From Eledone cirrhosa (Eukaryota), in the NCBI GenBank assembly GCA_964016885.1, contig OZ024742.1, positions 140,802,001 through 140,866,000 on the forward strand: a DNA stretch of 64,000 nt, read 5' to 3'. Shown one piece after another: positions 51,990-64,000 of this stretch (positions are counted from its first letter, which is position 1; each line of letters opens with the position of its first letter). A model generated the notes under the pieces. That model did no database searches and was not told where the DNA came from. It worked only from the letters and a program-made list of their open reading frames with translations. Both the position numbers and the translations under genes were made by a program.

Positions 51990-52175
51990 TTAAGTTATTC
52001 TGGCTCTTTACACTCTGCCTTCTAATCCCACCAAAATCAACTTTACCTTTCATCTCTTTGGGGTCAATAAAATAAAGTACCCATCTAGGGTGGTTTGGCA
52101 GAATTGCTACAGCATCTGATGAGATGCCTTGCAGTATTTGTTCTGGCTCTTTGACTTTTGAATTCAAATCCTGCT
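51990..52175 (+). mobile_element. Two abutting decayed family B SINE pieces
   Basis: CAACTTTACCTTTCATCTCTTTGGGGTCAATAAAATAAAGTACC followed by a new head, TTGGCAGAATTGCTACAGCATCTGA...GAATTCAAATCC. Confidence 0.6.
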
Positions 52176-52374
52176 ATGGTTCTACTTGGATGGTGGTAGA
52201 CTTAATCTATCCATTGATTGGATGTACCTGGTCTTTAGGTGCCTTCAACAGTGTCCACTGCTGCAAACATACAGACTAGATCGTTCGCTTAAGAATACCT
52301 TCTTCCTTCTCTCCCACTAGTTTCAGAGGCCCTGAAAAGGGTTATGAGCACTTTTCTTCCATTTCTGTCCAAAC

Positions 52375-52406
<32 letters not shown>

Positions 52407-53128
52407 GTTTGCTCTCAACTGTCCATTTCTTTTAATATTAAATTGCAGATCAGAGATAAAACTGAATAAGATGATATAAATAAATAAACACAAGTAACAA
52501 AATTAACTGTTTGAACAATTACTTTATATATGGCAACCCTGAAGGTACTCCCAGATTTTATGATAAAAATGAGAGAAATGTTATTTAATTAGCATAAATA
52601 CATACAATTATATTATATAAATCAGAAAAAATAATCTTTAAAACATATTTTTATTATATTGAAACTGTTCACATAACAAAAATAAAGTAAACACATTCAA
52701 AAATGTACTTTCAATAACATACAGATGGGTTAGATAAATTAAAATTTGAATATTTTCATGAATTTTTTAAGTTCTAGCAATGCAATCTGAAGCAAGTGCT
52801 ATAGAAAGCTGCTTTTTTTTTAAAAATGGGGTTTCTGTATTAGGATTTGAGATCATTCTCTGAAAATCTAAAACTTTCTGTTCTGGCTCTGAAATTCTTT
52901 AACTCTTTTAATACCAACAACTGCCAAAAACACCCATTTTAAGGATTCCTATTTAAATTAAAATCTTCCAATATAATTTAAATCTCCCAACATAATTTTA
53001 TGTAAGAACCATATGCTAATTCACTATTTTAGTAATAAAATAAATAATAATTTTAGTGACTCCCTTCAATAATTAATTGGAATACAGTCGCAAAAGGGTT
53101 AAAATTAAAAAGCATTTATAAATAGTGT

Positions 53129-53303
53129 ACCGTATTTCCTGGTGCCAAAGATGCTTCGTCCTCAAGGAGACACAATAATTTTTGACAACCAAAAATTTGA
53201 AAAAAAAAAAAAAAATGAACAACCTTCAGCCTCCAGGATGCATGGTAGATTTTTGAGACTTACTTTAGGAAAAAAGTAGTGTCTTTGATGCCGGGAAAAA
53301 CTA
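53129..53303. mobile_element. Small TA-flanked MITE
   Basis: TACCGTATTTCCTGGTGCCAAAGA...GTCTTTGATGCCGGGAAAAAACTA: imperfect TIRs. Confidence 0.55.
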
Positions 53304-54289
53304 ACTATTTCATTTAAAAAGAAAAGCATTTACTCATAAGATTTTGTTTTCAAATTTTGGGAGAATGATATAGTTGATCATAGTAATCCTAGAACTTATT
53401 TTAATGACCTTGAAGATTGGAATGCAAACTAAATCTTGGCAGGATTTGATCACAGGAATGTAAAATGACATAACTAAATTCTATAAAGTTTTTTATCCTT
53501 TGCCGTCCTGACAATGCTAATCCAGCACCCTAATGAAACAGCAATATTTACAGAGGGAGCATATACATATTTGCTTGACCTTTGCAGCCAAAGCTTCCTC
53601 AAATCACACTCTACAATATTAAATAAAAAAAGGAACAATGCAGACTGGGATATATTTAAAGTAAAAAAAATGGGAACCTAATTTGATTTTCGTGGCAGGA
53701 TCAAAGACTGCATGGAGTGGAGAGGTCCCTTTTAGTTCTCTAGTGCTCACTGATTTTATGACAAAAATGAGTGAAGTATTATTTAAATAGCATAAATGCA
53801 TGCAAATATACTATATAAATCAGAAAAGATAAGCTTTCAAAAATAGTTTTATTGTTATATTTAAACTGTCCATACTTGAATAACCTGATGGATGATGATG
53901 ATAATGACAGTGATGGTGGTGGTGATGCTGATGATGATGCTTTAGAGAAGATTTCAAAAGTTCAGATTTCAAAGTTCTAAATCACTTAATAAATGCGAGT
54001 TCTCAATTCTAGTTTTAACCTAACATTAGGAAGTTAAAATTGTTTTTATTTTCATCTCTATGTGCCATTGATACAATTGACAGCTATTTGAATAGCATCA
54101 ATATTGATGTCATTGATAGTAATCTTCAAAACATTTAATAATATCAAAGTCAACCTGAATTTATTATTGAACATTTTTAGACTTAGTTCAAAAGAAAACA
54201 GAAAAAAAGAACAATTGCAATAAATTTGTTTAGCCTTTCTAAACTACTGATTGAAGTTTAGTATATTGATGACTGAAGGAAATGAGAGA

Positions 54290-54700
54290 ATGGATAGAGG
54301 AGAGGTTTTCAGAAGATAGCAGTTCTGGGGAGAGGGAAAGGAAGTGTTTTTAGTGAAGGGTTGGCAGGAGAGATAAGAGGAAGAAAGCTATTTGGGTTGG
54401 ATTGGCCTGGCTGGAGGAAGTTCACAACTTAGTTCTGGAGCAGAGGTCATTGTAGTAGGTAGAGAGAGACAAAGAGAAAGAGGGAAGAGCACGTTTGTGA
54501 GCTAGATGTTTGATTATGTCGCTGATTGAATCTTTTCCAGTCAGTTGGATGACTTTATTGTGATTTTGGTCTAGAATATTTTTATGTGTACCAACAGCAC
54601 CATCCTCCTCCTAATATGTGAACAATAAGCAAGGAGATCAGCAACTGATTAGTCTTGGGATAAAATACTGGCAGTCAACACCAGAGTCTAGAAAGATCAT
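54290..54700 (-). mobile_element. Old CR1/Jockey-group LINE 3' relic
   Basis: Minus strand reads approximately YCSHI(W)GG..GTHKNILDQNHNKVIQLTG, resembling the EYCSHIWGG...LDxVQxKAIRLI motif. Confidence 0.5.
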
Positions 54701-55017
54701 CAAAGCTTTAACATCTCAAGTAACTGTTTCAGTAAAAGCAACATATATTTGAAGTAGTAATCTAAAGTTTTAATTTGTAATTATCAAGGTAAAATTGTGT
54801 TAATTAATTAAATTAGTGCACTACAAATTTTCTTTCAGCTAAGATGAATACCTTACCATGCACACTTACTCGTCCTTATTTTTGCAGTTCTCATCATCTC
54901 ATTACATTACATTTCCAAGCTGACCTGGTTGGATGGCTTGTTATGGTTTGAGTCAGTTATAATTTGGAGTTACTATCTTTTTAGATTAGTCAGAAGATCA
55001 CATTTCACTCATACTTC

Positions 55018-55228
55018 TAATTGTTTCTACATTTGGCATAAGGCCTGCAATTTGAAGGGAAGGGGGAAGTCAACCCCAGTGCATTGCTGGTACTTTATTT
55101 TATCGATCTCGTAAGGATGAAACACAAAGCAAACCTCAGGATGATTTGAACTCAGAACATAAAGGGTCATAACTATATGCTGCAAAACATTTTGTCTGAC
55201 AATTTACCGATATTGCCAATCTACCACT
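55018..55228 (-). mobile_element. SINE, family B
   Basis: GGTACTTTATTTTATCGATCTCGTAAGGATGAAA...TTTGAACTCAG...TTGCCAATCTACC. Confidence 0.85.
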
Positions 55229-55270
55229 ACTCGTACTTATAATAAATATTATTTACATATACATGGAAAA

Positions 55271-55462
55271 GGGCAGTGGATTGGCAGTATTGGTAGGGGG
55301 TCAGACGCCATGCTTTGCAGTATAGTGTTACATCCCTTTGCAGTCTGAGTTTAAATCCCGGCGACGTTAACTTTGCCTTTCATCCTTACTGGGTCGATAA
55401 TATAAAGTACCAGTAATGCACTGGGGTAATTGCTGGCCTTGTGCCAAAAGTAGAAACAATTA
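55271..55462 (+). mobile_element. SINE, family B
   Basis: GTGGATTGGCAGTATTGGTAG...CTGAGTTTAAATCCC...GCCTTTCATCCTTACTGGGTCGATAATATAAAGTACC...AGAAACAATT. Confidence 0.9.
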
Positions 55463-56439
55463 TTTACAATTATTTTCAGAAATCCATTAAATGTACTTTA
55501 AACTGATTTTCATAACAAAATATTTACAAACACAAGCTTACTTTTATTCATAAACCAAAGAAAGAAAATGATTTGTCAATATTGATATTATAAAACCATC
55601 TATTAGATTCAGAAATATAAAATCAATTTATTCTATTCAGTATATTGCTATTATTTATTTTATAAAACCAAGTCAGATAAAACTTGAATCTAGCAGTATA
55701 TGAACTCATAAGCATATGCATAAGACACAAAACTAAATAAAGTATCTTGTTCAACTTGATAAAATCTTTGTCAATACTATTATCCTTAATTTAATAGACC
55801 AGGTGTAAGTGAAAGGAAATTTAAATTGCTACTCAGAATTCAATATACAGAAAGTACGAGTTTATGATAATTAATGTATTATGAAAATCTTTATTCAAAT
55901 AAACCCTAAGTACCACCATCTCCACTACTACCCTCATCATTTTATGTTAGCTTTCTATGCTAACATGGCTGAACAAGTTGTTATGGTTCAACTTAGTTCT
56001 TATTTATAGCTATTGACTGCCTACATCGGACAGAGGACTACATGCCTCACCTGTGCATTCTATTTTTATGGTTGGAGTGCTCTTTCTAACAATAATTACT
56101 TTACAGAGTGTACCACATGCATTTATACATGGCATTAAATCTAGAAAGGTTGCCCTGTCCTTTTTGATATTGATAAACAAACAAAATGTTATTTTTATTG
56201 AGGTACACTAAACAGAATAGACCTGACACAGGCAAACTGTTTTAAAATTTAAAGGTATAAAACTGTATTGAGGAATCAAGAGATTGATAAAGTATTGAAA
56301 AGTATGTTAAATCAAACATTTATTTTTGCCAAAATTATCATTTATAAAATAGAAATAAGAGTATCCCACTCTTAATATTCTTTCACTTTGTGAAAAACCA
56401 TGAAAAGAATTAAATTTTGAAAATTATTTTTCATTCTTT

Positions 56440-56670
56440 TATCATTAGAATGTGATCATGTTGTTTAGTCGATCATATGAACTCCAGTACTTAATTTTTT
56501 AAGTTTGGTACTTACTGATCTCTTTTTGTCAAACTTGGGATACAAGCACAAATGTAAACAGAGACAAACAAATAGACACATACAAACAATCATATATATA
56601 TATATATACACATATACACATATTTATATACACACACATACTCATATATATATATATATAGAGATATATA
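56440..56670 (-). mobile_element. 3' half of a family A SINE interrupted by RTE copy 5
   Basis: TTTAGTCGATCATATGAACTCCAGTACTT...AGACAAACAAATAGACACA then a CA/TA tract; aligns with 25870-25950. Confidence 0.65.
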
Positions 56671-57740
56671 TGCAAAGCTTCAATCCAGAGACAGGTTGCA
56701 TACACACACCTGCAAAAATTCACCCCATTGTACGAGTGATGGCAAATGCCAAAACTCCGAGTTGGAACCATCAATGTAAGTACAATGAAAGGAAGAGCAG
56801 GAGAAATTGTAGAGATGATAGAGCGAAAGGAAATTGATGTATGCTGTGTGCAAGAGACTAGATGGAGAGGAGAGTCCGCTAGAGTCCTCGTAGGCAAAAG
56901 TCAATGCTACAAATTTTTCTGGGTGGGAAATGACAATGGAATGGGAGGCGTAGGTATACTATTAGCTGACAAATGGGTAGATAAGGTAATCTCAGTGAAC
57001 GGGGTGAGTGCAAGAATCAGACTAGTCCTGAATAAAACAATTACCACAATAATATCAGCTTACGCACCCCAATCGGGGTTGCCAGACGAACCTAAGGATA
57101 GATTTTACGAGTCCCTAATGCACACTACTGCTCTAACAAGCTACAATGATTTTGGACCCTACCGTGTATTAGCTCGTTCCGAGAAACATTTCACTGTAGA
57201 CATTAAGGGTTCCAGAGAGACAGTTACTATTGATCGACTCAAACGAGCACATTTGGACACAGATGCTATCACACCTGAGCCACATACACCCCCGTCTTTC
57301 TCTTTTGCACACACACCTGTTTCTCCCCCCCCCCATCACCAAGATACAAGACCACGACCCGTTCTGGTCGAAGAATCCACTGGCCCAAAGAATTCTTCCA
57401 AACTTTTATTATATGGACTGGCCACTGGACCCTTTTTGCAAAAAACTGTGTAGCACTGTATATTTTTAAGCTGCTATTGTGCGGCGCTTTAATCCTATAT
57501 TTCCTATTTGAACTATTTCAACTTTTAAAAATTGTATTTACATTTTATTATAATTTTTTTTATTTCTTGTTCTTGCATGCTTGTTTTATATGTTCTTTTG
57601 AAATTTGTTGTGCCCTTCATGCTCGGTTGGGCTGATTGCTCCTTGGTTTGGGGTTTTTGCTAGTTGCTCATCGTTTTTCTACATACATGGTCCGATGAAC
57701 CAATTTTTGTTTCCTTTTCTAAAAATCTTGTGGGAGGCCA

Positions 57741-58156
57741 TGTAGAAGATCACGCCACCTAGCTTTGACTTTGGAGGCAGTCGATTAACTGCCCTTAGTT
57801 CTGACGTCACGTTCTGACGTCAATAGCTGAATACACACTTTCCAACTTTATGTGTAGAGGCGAACAGACGCGTTTCACGGTGGTGAAACAACGATAGCAC
57901 ACCATGCTGTCACGGGATAATTGAAGACCGTCAATTAATGATAATTACGAATTACCAACCTAGGAACAACTGATATGATAACCTGTTTTGTTAATTTCTC
58001 TGATTATAATGCTCATGTACATATAATCTCGAGGTATGTTTTTTATTTGCTTAATTGTGTACCTACGCCTAACAACAAATAGTAGAGATGTTCTACCAGC
58101 CAAGCTAGGGAAACGACCTCCCCTTTAAATCGTAAAAACAATGAAGCCTTCTAACA
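57741..58156 (+). repeat. Putative 416-bp LTR
   Basis: TG...CA ends (TGTAG/CTAACA), purine tract immediately upstream, TGG-initiated PBS-like sequence immediately downstream. Confidence 0.65.
57802..57822. promoter_or_regulatory. Two tandem full CRE palindromes (TGACGTCA) in the putative LTR
   Basis: TGACGTCA at 57802-57809 and 57815-57822; function not shown. Confidence 0.4.
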
Positions 58157-60444
58157 TGGTGACCATCTCTCCTAAAAGACTAAGAGACAGGCATGGAAAG
58201 AATGGAAGAACAGGGGTAGCAGGGTACATTACATAGAGACCAGGAGGGAAGATAGGCAACAAGCTAGAAGGGAAACAGAGGATAGAAAATTCAAGCATGT
58301 TTTGCAACGTGAGGACCAGAAACAGGAGGTGTTCAAGATTGCGAGGAAGTGTATCAGAGAGAATTGTGATGTCATTGGAGAGAAGTGTATCCAGAATGAT
58401 AATGGTGAGCTTGCCCTCACAAGTGCCGAGAAGAAAGCTGTGTGGAAGAGCCATTATGAAAGATTACTAAACGAGGAGAATGCATGGGAATAAGAGACCC
58501 TACCCTAAGTGGACCCTATAGAGGGGCCAGCAGTAGAAGTCAGTAAGGCAATCAAAGATATGAAGACAGGGAAGGCAACCGGCCAATCGAGTATAGCTGC
58601 CAAGATGCTGAAGGCATTTGGGTCGGTAGGTCACATCATAACCACACGAATTGTTAACCAGGTAATACTAGAGAGTATCATACCAAAGGATTGGTGCAGC
58701 AGCATCATTGTAAACTGCTACAAAGGTAAAGGTGATGCACTAGATAGAGGAAACTATAGAGGTATAAAGCTGATGGACCAGGTCATGAAAGTAACGGAAA
58801 GAGTTATAGCACAGTTGATTAGGGACCGGGTGAAACTAGATGAGATGCAATTTGGGTTTGTACAAGGAAAAGGCACCACTGATGCCCTCTTCCTTGTGAG
58901 GCAGTTACAGGAAAAGTACCTAGCTAAAAGTAAGCCGCTCTACCTGGCATTTGTCGATCTGGAAAAAGCCTTCGACAGAGTCCCCCGTGCTATAATCTGA
59001 TGGGCTCTTAGAAAATTAAGAGTAGATGAATGGCTTGTGAAAGCTGTACAAGCCATGTATAGAGGAGCAGTCAGCAAAGTTAGAGTTAGCAATGAATATA
59101 GTGATAAATTTAGCATACAGGTCAGTGTCCACCAGGGCTCTGTTCTTAGCCCTCTCCTGTTCATTATAGTTTTGCAAGCAATAACGGAGGAGTTTAAGAC
59201 CGGATGCCCATGGGAACTTCTATATGTGGATGATCCTGCACTTATAGCTGAATCCATGGTGGAACTAGAGAAAAAATTCAATGCATGGAAGCAGGGACTA
59301 GAAAGAAAGGGTCTCAAAGTCAACCTGACAAAGACTAAGGTTCTTGTAAGTAGACGAGAAAACAGAGCCCAGATTCCCTTAGGGAGATGGCCTTGCTCAG
59401 TATGTAGGAAAGGTGTAGGTAGGAACTCCATCCTCTGCCTCAAATGCAAACAATGGGTACACAAGGGATGTAGTGGGATCTCAGGAAGTTTAACTAAGAA
59501 TGTAGGCTTCATATGTAGCAGCTGCGCTGGGACAGCAAGCAGCAAATGACCAGAGGAAACAAGCACCACCAAACTCTGGGAGGGCTCTGTAGAAACAGTA
59601 GACAGCTTCTGCTACCTAGGTGACCGAATTAGCAGCGGAGGTGGGTGTTAGGAAAGTACAATAACTAAGGTAAGAACAGGATGGAAGAAGTTCAGGGAGT
59701 TACTGCCACTGCTAGCTGCAAAAGGCTTTTCCCTTAAAATGAAAGGCAGACTGTATGATCCATGTATACGAACAGCAATGTTGCATGGTAGTGAGACCTG
59801 GGCGCTGAAGGTGGAAGACTTGCGCAGATTAGAGAGAAACGAAGCCAGCATGCTCCGATGGATGTGTAATACACGAACGGCAAAGCATAAACGAATTGAG
59901 AGAGAGACTGAGTATAAGAGGAATCAAATGCTGTGTGCAGGAGAGGCGGTTGCGTTGGTATGGACATGTGATGCGTATGAAGGATGACAGCTGCATAAAA
60001 AGGTGCAGAGCACTAGAAGTCGATGGAAGCCATGGAATGGGGAGATCCAAGAAGACCTGGGATGAGGTGATAAAAGCCGACCTTACCCAATTGCACCTCT
60101 CAAGAGCAATGACACATGACCATGACCTCTGGCGTCACGCAGTAATACAGAAGACCCGACCCCCCACAGGACCAAGCCAAAGCTGAAGCATATAGACAAT
60201 ATGCCCCCACACCCTCTCACTGCAAAATGGTCGTGGAGGTGCCACGGCAAAAAAACACCCAGCCCACACTGTAAAGTGGACGTGTAGGCACCATGGAAAA
60301 AAAGCACCCAGCACTCACTATAAATGAGGTTGGTGTTAGGAAGGGCATCCAGCTGTAGAAATCAAGCCAGAATCAGTTCCTGTATGAGCAGGACAAGGTC
60401 AGCCGACTGGACACTGCCCACAACAGGACAATCCGTCTAACCCA

Positions 60445-60562
60445 CGACAGGCTTTTGTAGGTTCCATTTATCAAATTCCACTACCAAGATATTGTTACAC
60501 GCTGGAAGTGAACCTGAAACTTCATGGTTATGAAGCAAACTATTTAACAATGCAGCCATAAC
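60445..60562 (-). mobile_element. 5' half of the family A SINE interrupted by RTE copy 5
   Basis: CGACAGGCTT...ATCAAATTCCACT...GAACCTGAAACTTCATGGTT...TTAACAATGCAGCCAT; continues the 56440-56670 half. Confidence 0.65.
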
Positions 60563-61262
60563 TGCACAGAGAAAAAAAATCAAATTTTATTTTAAGAATT
60601 AGGGGAAATTAGTTAAGAATTAAAGGGCAAATAATGGATGAATGTGCATCAATTAAGCAAAGGATAGTAGCAGGCTAGATGAATCAGTGATCTCTAAAAT
60701 ACCAACTATTGTCTTTAAAATTAGCTAGAATATTCTGAGAGAAAGATTCTGTTAAAATGTGTGCAGCAGAAAACTGATAAAGAATTGTATCAACTTAAAT
60801 AGCTGTCTGCACACAAAGGCATGCATATTCAATAAGCCCAAAACAGGATGTCATACCAAAAGCTAATTAAGTTGGAATGAACATTTATGAATTATGACGC
60901 TTGTCAGATTACATATAAAGGAGATGTACAAAAGTAATCTCAGTGACTGAAGAATCACATTTATTCACAGTTTTCTATCAAAATGTTTATTTCTGGTAAC
61001 CAATCTAGTGACAATGATTGAAAAAGTTTATGAACCTACAACAAATCTCTGATTAACCAAGTAACTTTGATTGAATTCTCTTTATATACTTTAAATATAG
61101 AATGAAAATGCAATAAATGTAAGGGAGGGATTATAATCACTAGTAAATCTGTTCCAAAGTTGTTTTCTTTGTTTATATGATTTAATAAATTAAATCTTTT
61201 TGATACTAAACTGACTGAAAATGCCCTCAGTTCTATGATATAAAACTGTTTTAATGTTTTTA

Positions 61263-61645
61263 TCTATATAAACTACTAAAATTCTGTAATTGCTTGCTTG
61301 TCTGTAATCTAATACAGCCAAAAGGGCGTATAATGGGAAAATACTTTGAAAGAAAGTTGCCCCTGGCATGGGAATACAAATGGAATTACAAATGGAATAA
61401 AACAAGTTTCATGTAAATCGGAGAATGGGTTCTCGAGATATGGGTTTTTTCCAGGTACCTTCATAAACAGAGAGAGAGAGAAAGATAGAAAGGAAGAGAT
61501 AGTGGTTGTGAGAAAGTAGATTGAAAGAGAGACAGAGAGAGAAGAAAAATGGAAGAGAGAGAGAGAGCTGGTGGTGTTGTGTATATATATTGTGTATATA
61601 TATATGTATGTGTGTCTATGAACAGTGCATATAGATCACAGACAC

Positions 61646-61692
<47 letters not shown>

Positions 61693-61916
61693 GACACACA
61701 TACATATATATATATATACATACACACACACATATATATATATACATACACACACATCTATATATATATATATATATATATGGGCCTTCCAGTTTCATTT
61801 AACATTATATACATGTCTGTGTATATTTTAATTATTTAAAAATTATTTTTAAGTGAACATGATTTAAAAAAAATATTTTGAGGTGAACATGACCCAACAG
61901 GTCATGGGTGGTCTAG
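61263..61916 (+). mobile_element. Probable non-autonomous Helitron with internal microsatellites
   Basis: 5' A|TCTATATAAA; 3' hairpin CATGACC-CAACA-GGTCATG (61888-61906) six nt before CTAG|T; internal AAGTTTCATGTAAATCGG and GA/TA/CA tracts. The 5' boundary is less certain. Confidence 0.6.
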
Positions 61917-62399
61917 TATTTAACTAAAAACCTAACATCAAAATTTTATGTAAAAACCTTTGTTATGCTACAAAAAACAACTTAATGAAAAAGTTAGTTA
62001 TTCTACAAAATCCCACCAACTATTTGATTATTTTCAAAATGATTGGAAAACGATAGGCATTGTCTTTCATTAGAAATATGGTAATGAAAGGGTTAAAGAA
62101 GATTCTATTACATAAAAAGGGCTTTTGTGGCAAAATCAAATAACTCAATATTTTTAACTTTTAACTATGCTGTTATTCTAAATCAGATTATGATAGAGTA
62201 AACCAAAATTTATATGCATTCAAATGAAATATTTGCTTCGTTGTCAATATTAAGATAAAAGAAAGGATACAGAATGATTTAACAATATTGGAATTAATGT
62301 AGATTGTGTTAAATGACACACTAACAGAGGAAGTGATTGTTGCAGTGATAAAATATGCTAATCTCAGTTTTTAGACATTGCTACTTCAAGAGAGAAATA

Positions 62400-62740
62400 G
62401 AAAGTTAATAAAAGCTATTTAAGCATTCTGAGTTGGAATGAAATGAATGTATTCAATATTTCTGCTTTAAAGAGTGGTATTCATCGACTGAAAGAGGAAG
62501 TGGGATAAGAGGAATCAGATATAGCATGCAAGAGGCTGTGCTGGTATGGACATGGGTGATGATCATTGAGTGAAGAAATGCCAGGACATACCAGTGAAAG
62601 GAAGCCACAGTATAGGAAGACCAAGGAAGAACTGGGTGGATGTGGTGAGAGTTGAACTCAAATTACTGAAGCTCACATAAGAGATGACAAAGTATCACAA
62701 TGAGTGGAGAGATGCTATGGTGAAAAGATCCATCCAAATA
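62400..62740 (+). mobile_element. Old RTE 3' ORF relic
   Basis: GIRGIRYSMQE..LCWYGH..VKGSHSIGRPRKNWVDVVRVELKLLKLT*EMT. Confidence 0.75.
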
Positions 62741-64000
62741 AAACTAGTGCTTAATAACAAGCACAGTACATCTGATGGGTATTCACATGGTTTTCTCTAC
62801 CAAATTTCACACAAGAGGCTTTGTTCCAAGACTCAAACTTCAATTATTTAAAACTATGTGTAAACACATTCAAACATTATTCTTAAATCAATCTGAGATG
62901 CAGGTGGAGAAAACTTTATATTTCTTTCATACATTTATGATAAAAGGGATCAATAACACATTACGGTAAAATGGATTTTGTCATTTTATAAATAAAGAGA
63001 TTTGTCCTTCAGAAAGAAATCTTTATTTACCAATCCAACATTCCCAAACCACCTCATATGGGAGGTGGTTTGAAAAGTTGAGCTATTCTTCACATTTATT
63101 TTGAACCTTTTACTTTCTGTTGAATATTCCAACGCACCCATAGCCGACCACAACTATTTGAAATTTAAATTCATATTTTTCTTTGTTTATCATTAACTCA
63201 AGGAGGAAAGAGCAGCAAACATGACTGTTTACATTTTTTCAAGGCCTCTGAGACTGGTAGGAAGAAGGAAGGAAGCTATCCTCAACCTTGAGGTCTGACC
63301 CAAATGCTTGCATCAGAGTGAACTCTGCTAAGGCATCCAAAGAGAGTGTGGTAGCATTAAACTGCCTTATGGATTAAGTTAACTATCTAAAAACTCAAAA
63401 TACTGTAAGGGAAACTAACTATTCTGCCAATTCACAGCTCAAAGCTATCAACTAGTATCATCATCATCATCATCATCATCATTTAATGCCCATTTTCTCA
63501 CTGTTTTACATTAATATTCCCTTGTTAGTATGGTAATCCTCTACAAATATCTCCAGAACTAAAAAATTAAAATAAAACCAAGCCACATTCAATACTAGCA
63601 AAATGTTCTTACATAAAATTATGATCTAAAATGAACACTTTAAAAAGATGGGTTATCAAAAGAGTTAAGAAAATACAAAATCTTAATAATTGACAGTTGA
63701 TTTATTTTTTAATAGTATTGTCTATTATGAAGTATAATTAAATTTTGTCGCATTTCTGTAACCTGGCCATTGAAACATTTACATGTAAAGTGAATATTTT
63801 GCCTACTGAATTGTTGCTTCTAATATAGCCTCAAGCTAAACAATGTATTGTATTATGTCCAATATGTATGTGTGTGTAAGTGTGTCACATTACTACATCT
63901 TCATATAGACAAGACTTAAAGCAGACAGTGACATTTGATTATATCTTGCATAAACAATACATCCCACAATGGTGTGGCAGTTAAACATAAATGAGCAGTA

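Larger units (their letters stand above)
57151..58181 (+). mobile_element. Ty3/Gypsy LTR-retrotransposon fragment (integrase C-terminus, 3' untranslated region, PPT, LTR, PBS start)
   Basis: GPYRVLARSEKHFTVDIKGSRETVTIDRLKRAHLD (GPY/F region); TTTRSGRRIHWPK in a shifted frame; GGGAGGCCA|TGTAG at 57741; CTAACA|TGGTGACC at 58156. Confidence 0.85.
56671..60444 (+). mobile_element. RTE-clade LINE copy 5 (subfamily b), reaches the ORF start; disrupted and interrupted
   Basis: MPKLRVGTINVSTMKGR...CVQETRW (APE N-terminus); several stops in RT (YVDD); 3' UTR to CCGTCTAACCC with no (TGA)n tail. Confidence 0.95.

Noticed and set aside
56746-57453. 235-aa APE-integrase fusion as a functional gene
   Set aside because: APE lacks its C-terminal catalytic motifs and the integrase core is absent; an in-frame join is expected one time in three by chance.

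Overview
AT-rich, repeat-dense animal genomic DNA. The SINE, LINE and microsatellite complement looks like a coleoid cephalopod, probably octopus; this is inferred from repeat style only. I found no host protein-coding gene I can support, so the window reads as intergenic or deep intronic. It is dominated by five young copies of an RTE-clade LINE (APE endonuclease plus reverse transcriptase). The RT carries an embedded C4HC3 PHD-type zinc finger, the 3' UTR has tandem hairpin units and a (TGA)n tail, and most copies sit in (TA)n microsatellites. One copy lies inside a SINE and has itself captured a Ty3/Gypsy fragment with a PPT-LTR-PBS junction. Also present are CR1-like, BovB-like, Expander-like and Penelope (GIY-YIG) relics, two tRNA-derived SINE families, TTAA (piggyBac-type) and TA-flanked MITEs, a probable non-autonomous Helitron, and several dispersed hammerhead-ribozyme motifs, one with a complete predicted fold at 40860-40926 (-). 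Most short ORFs in the ORF track are microsatellite or antisense artefacts. Coordinates of decayed repeats are approximate and were read by eye.
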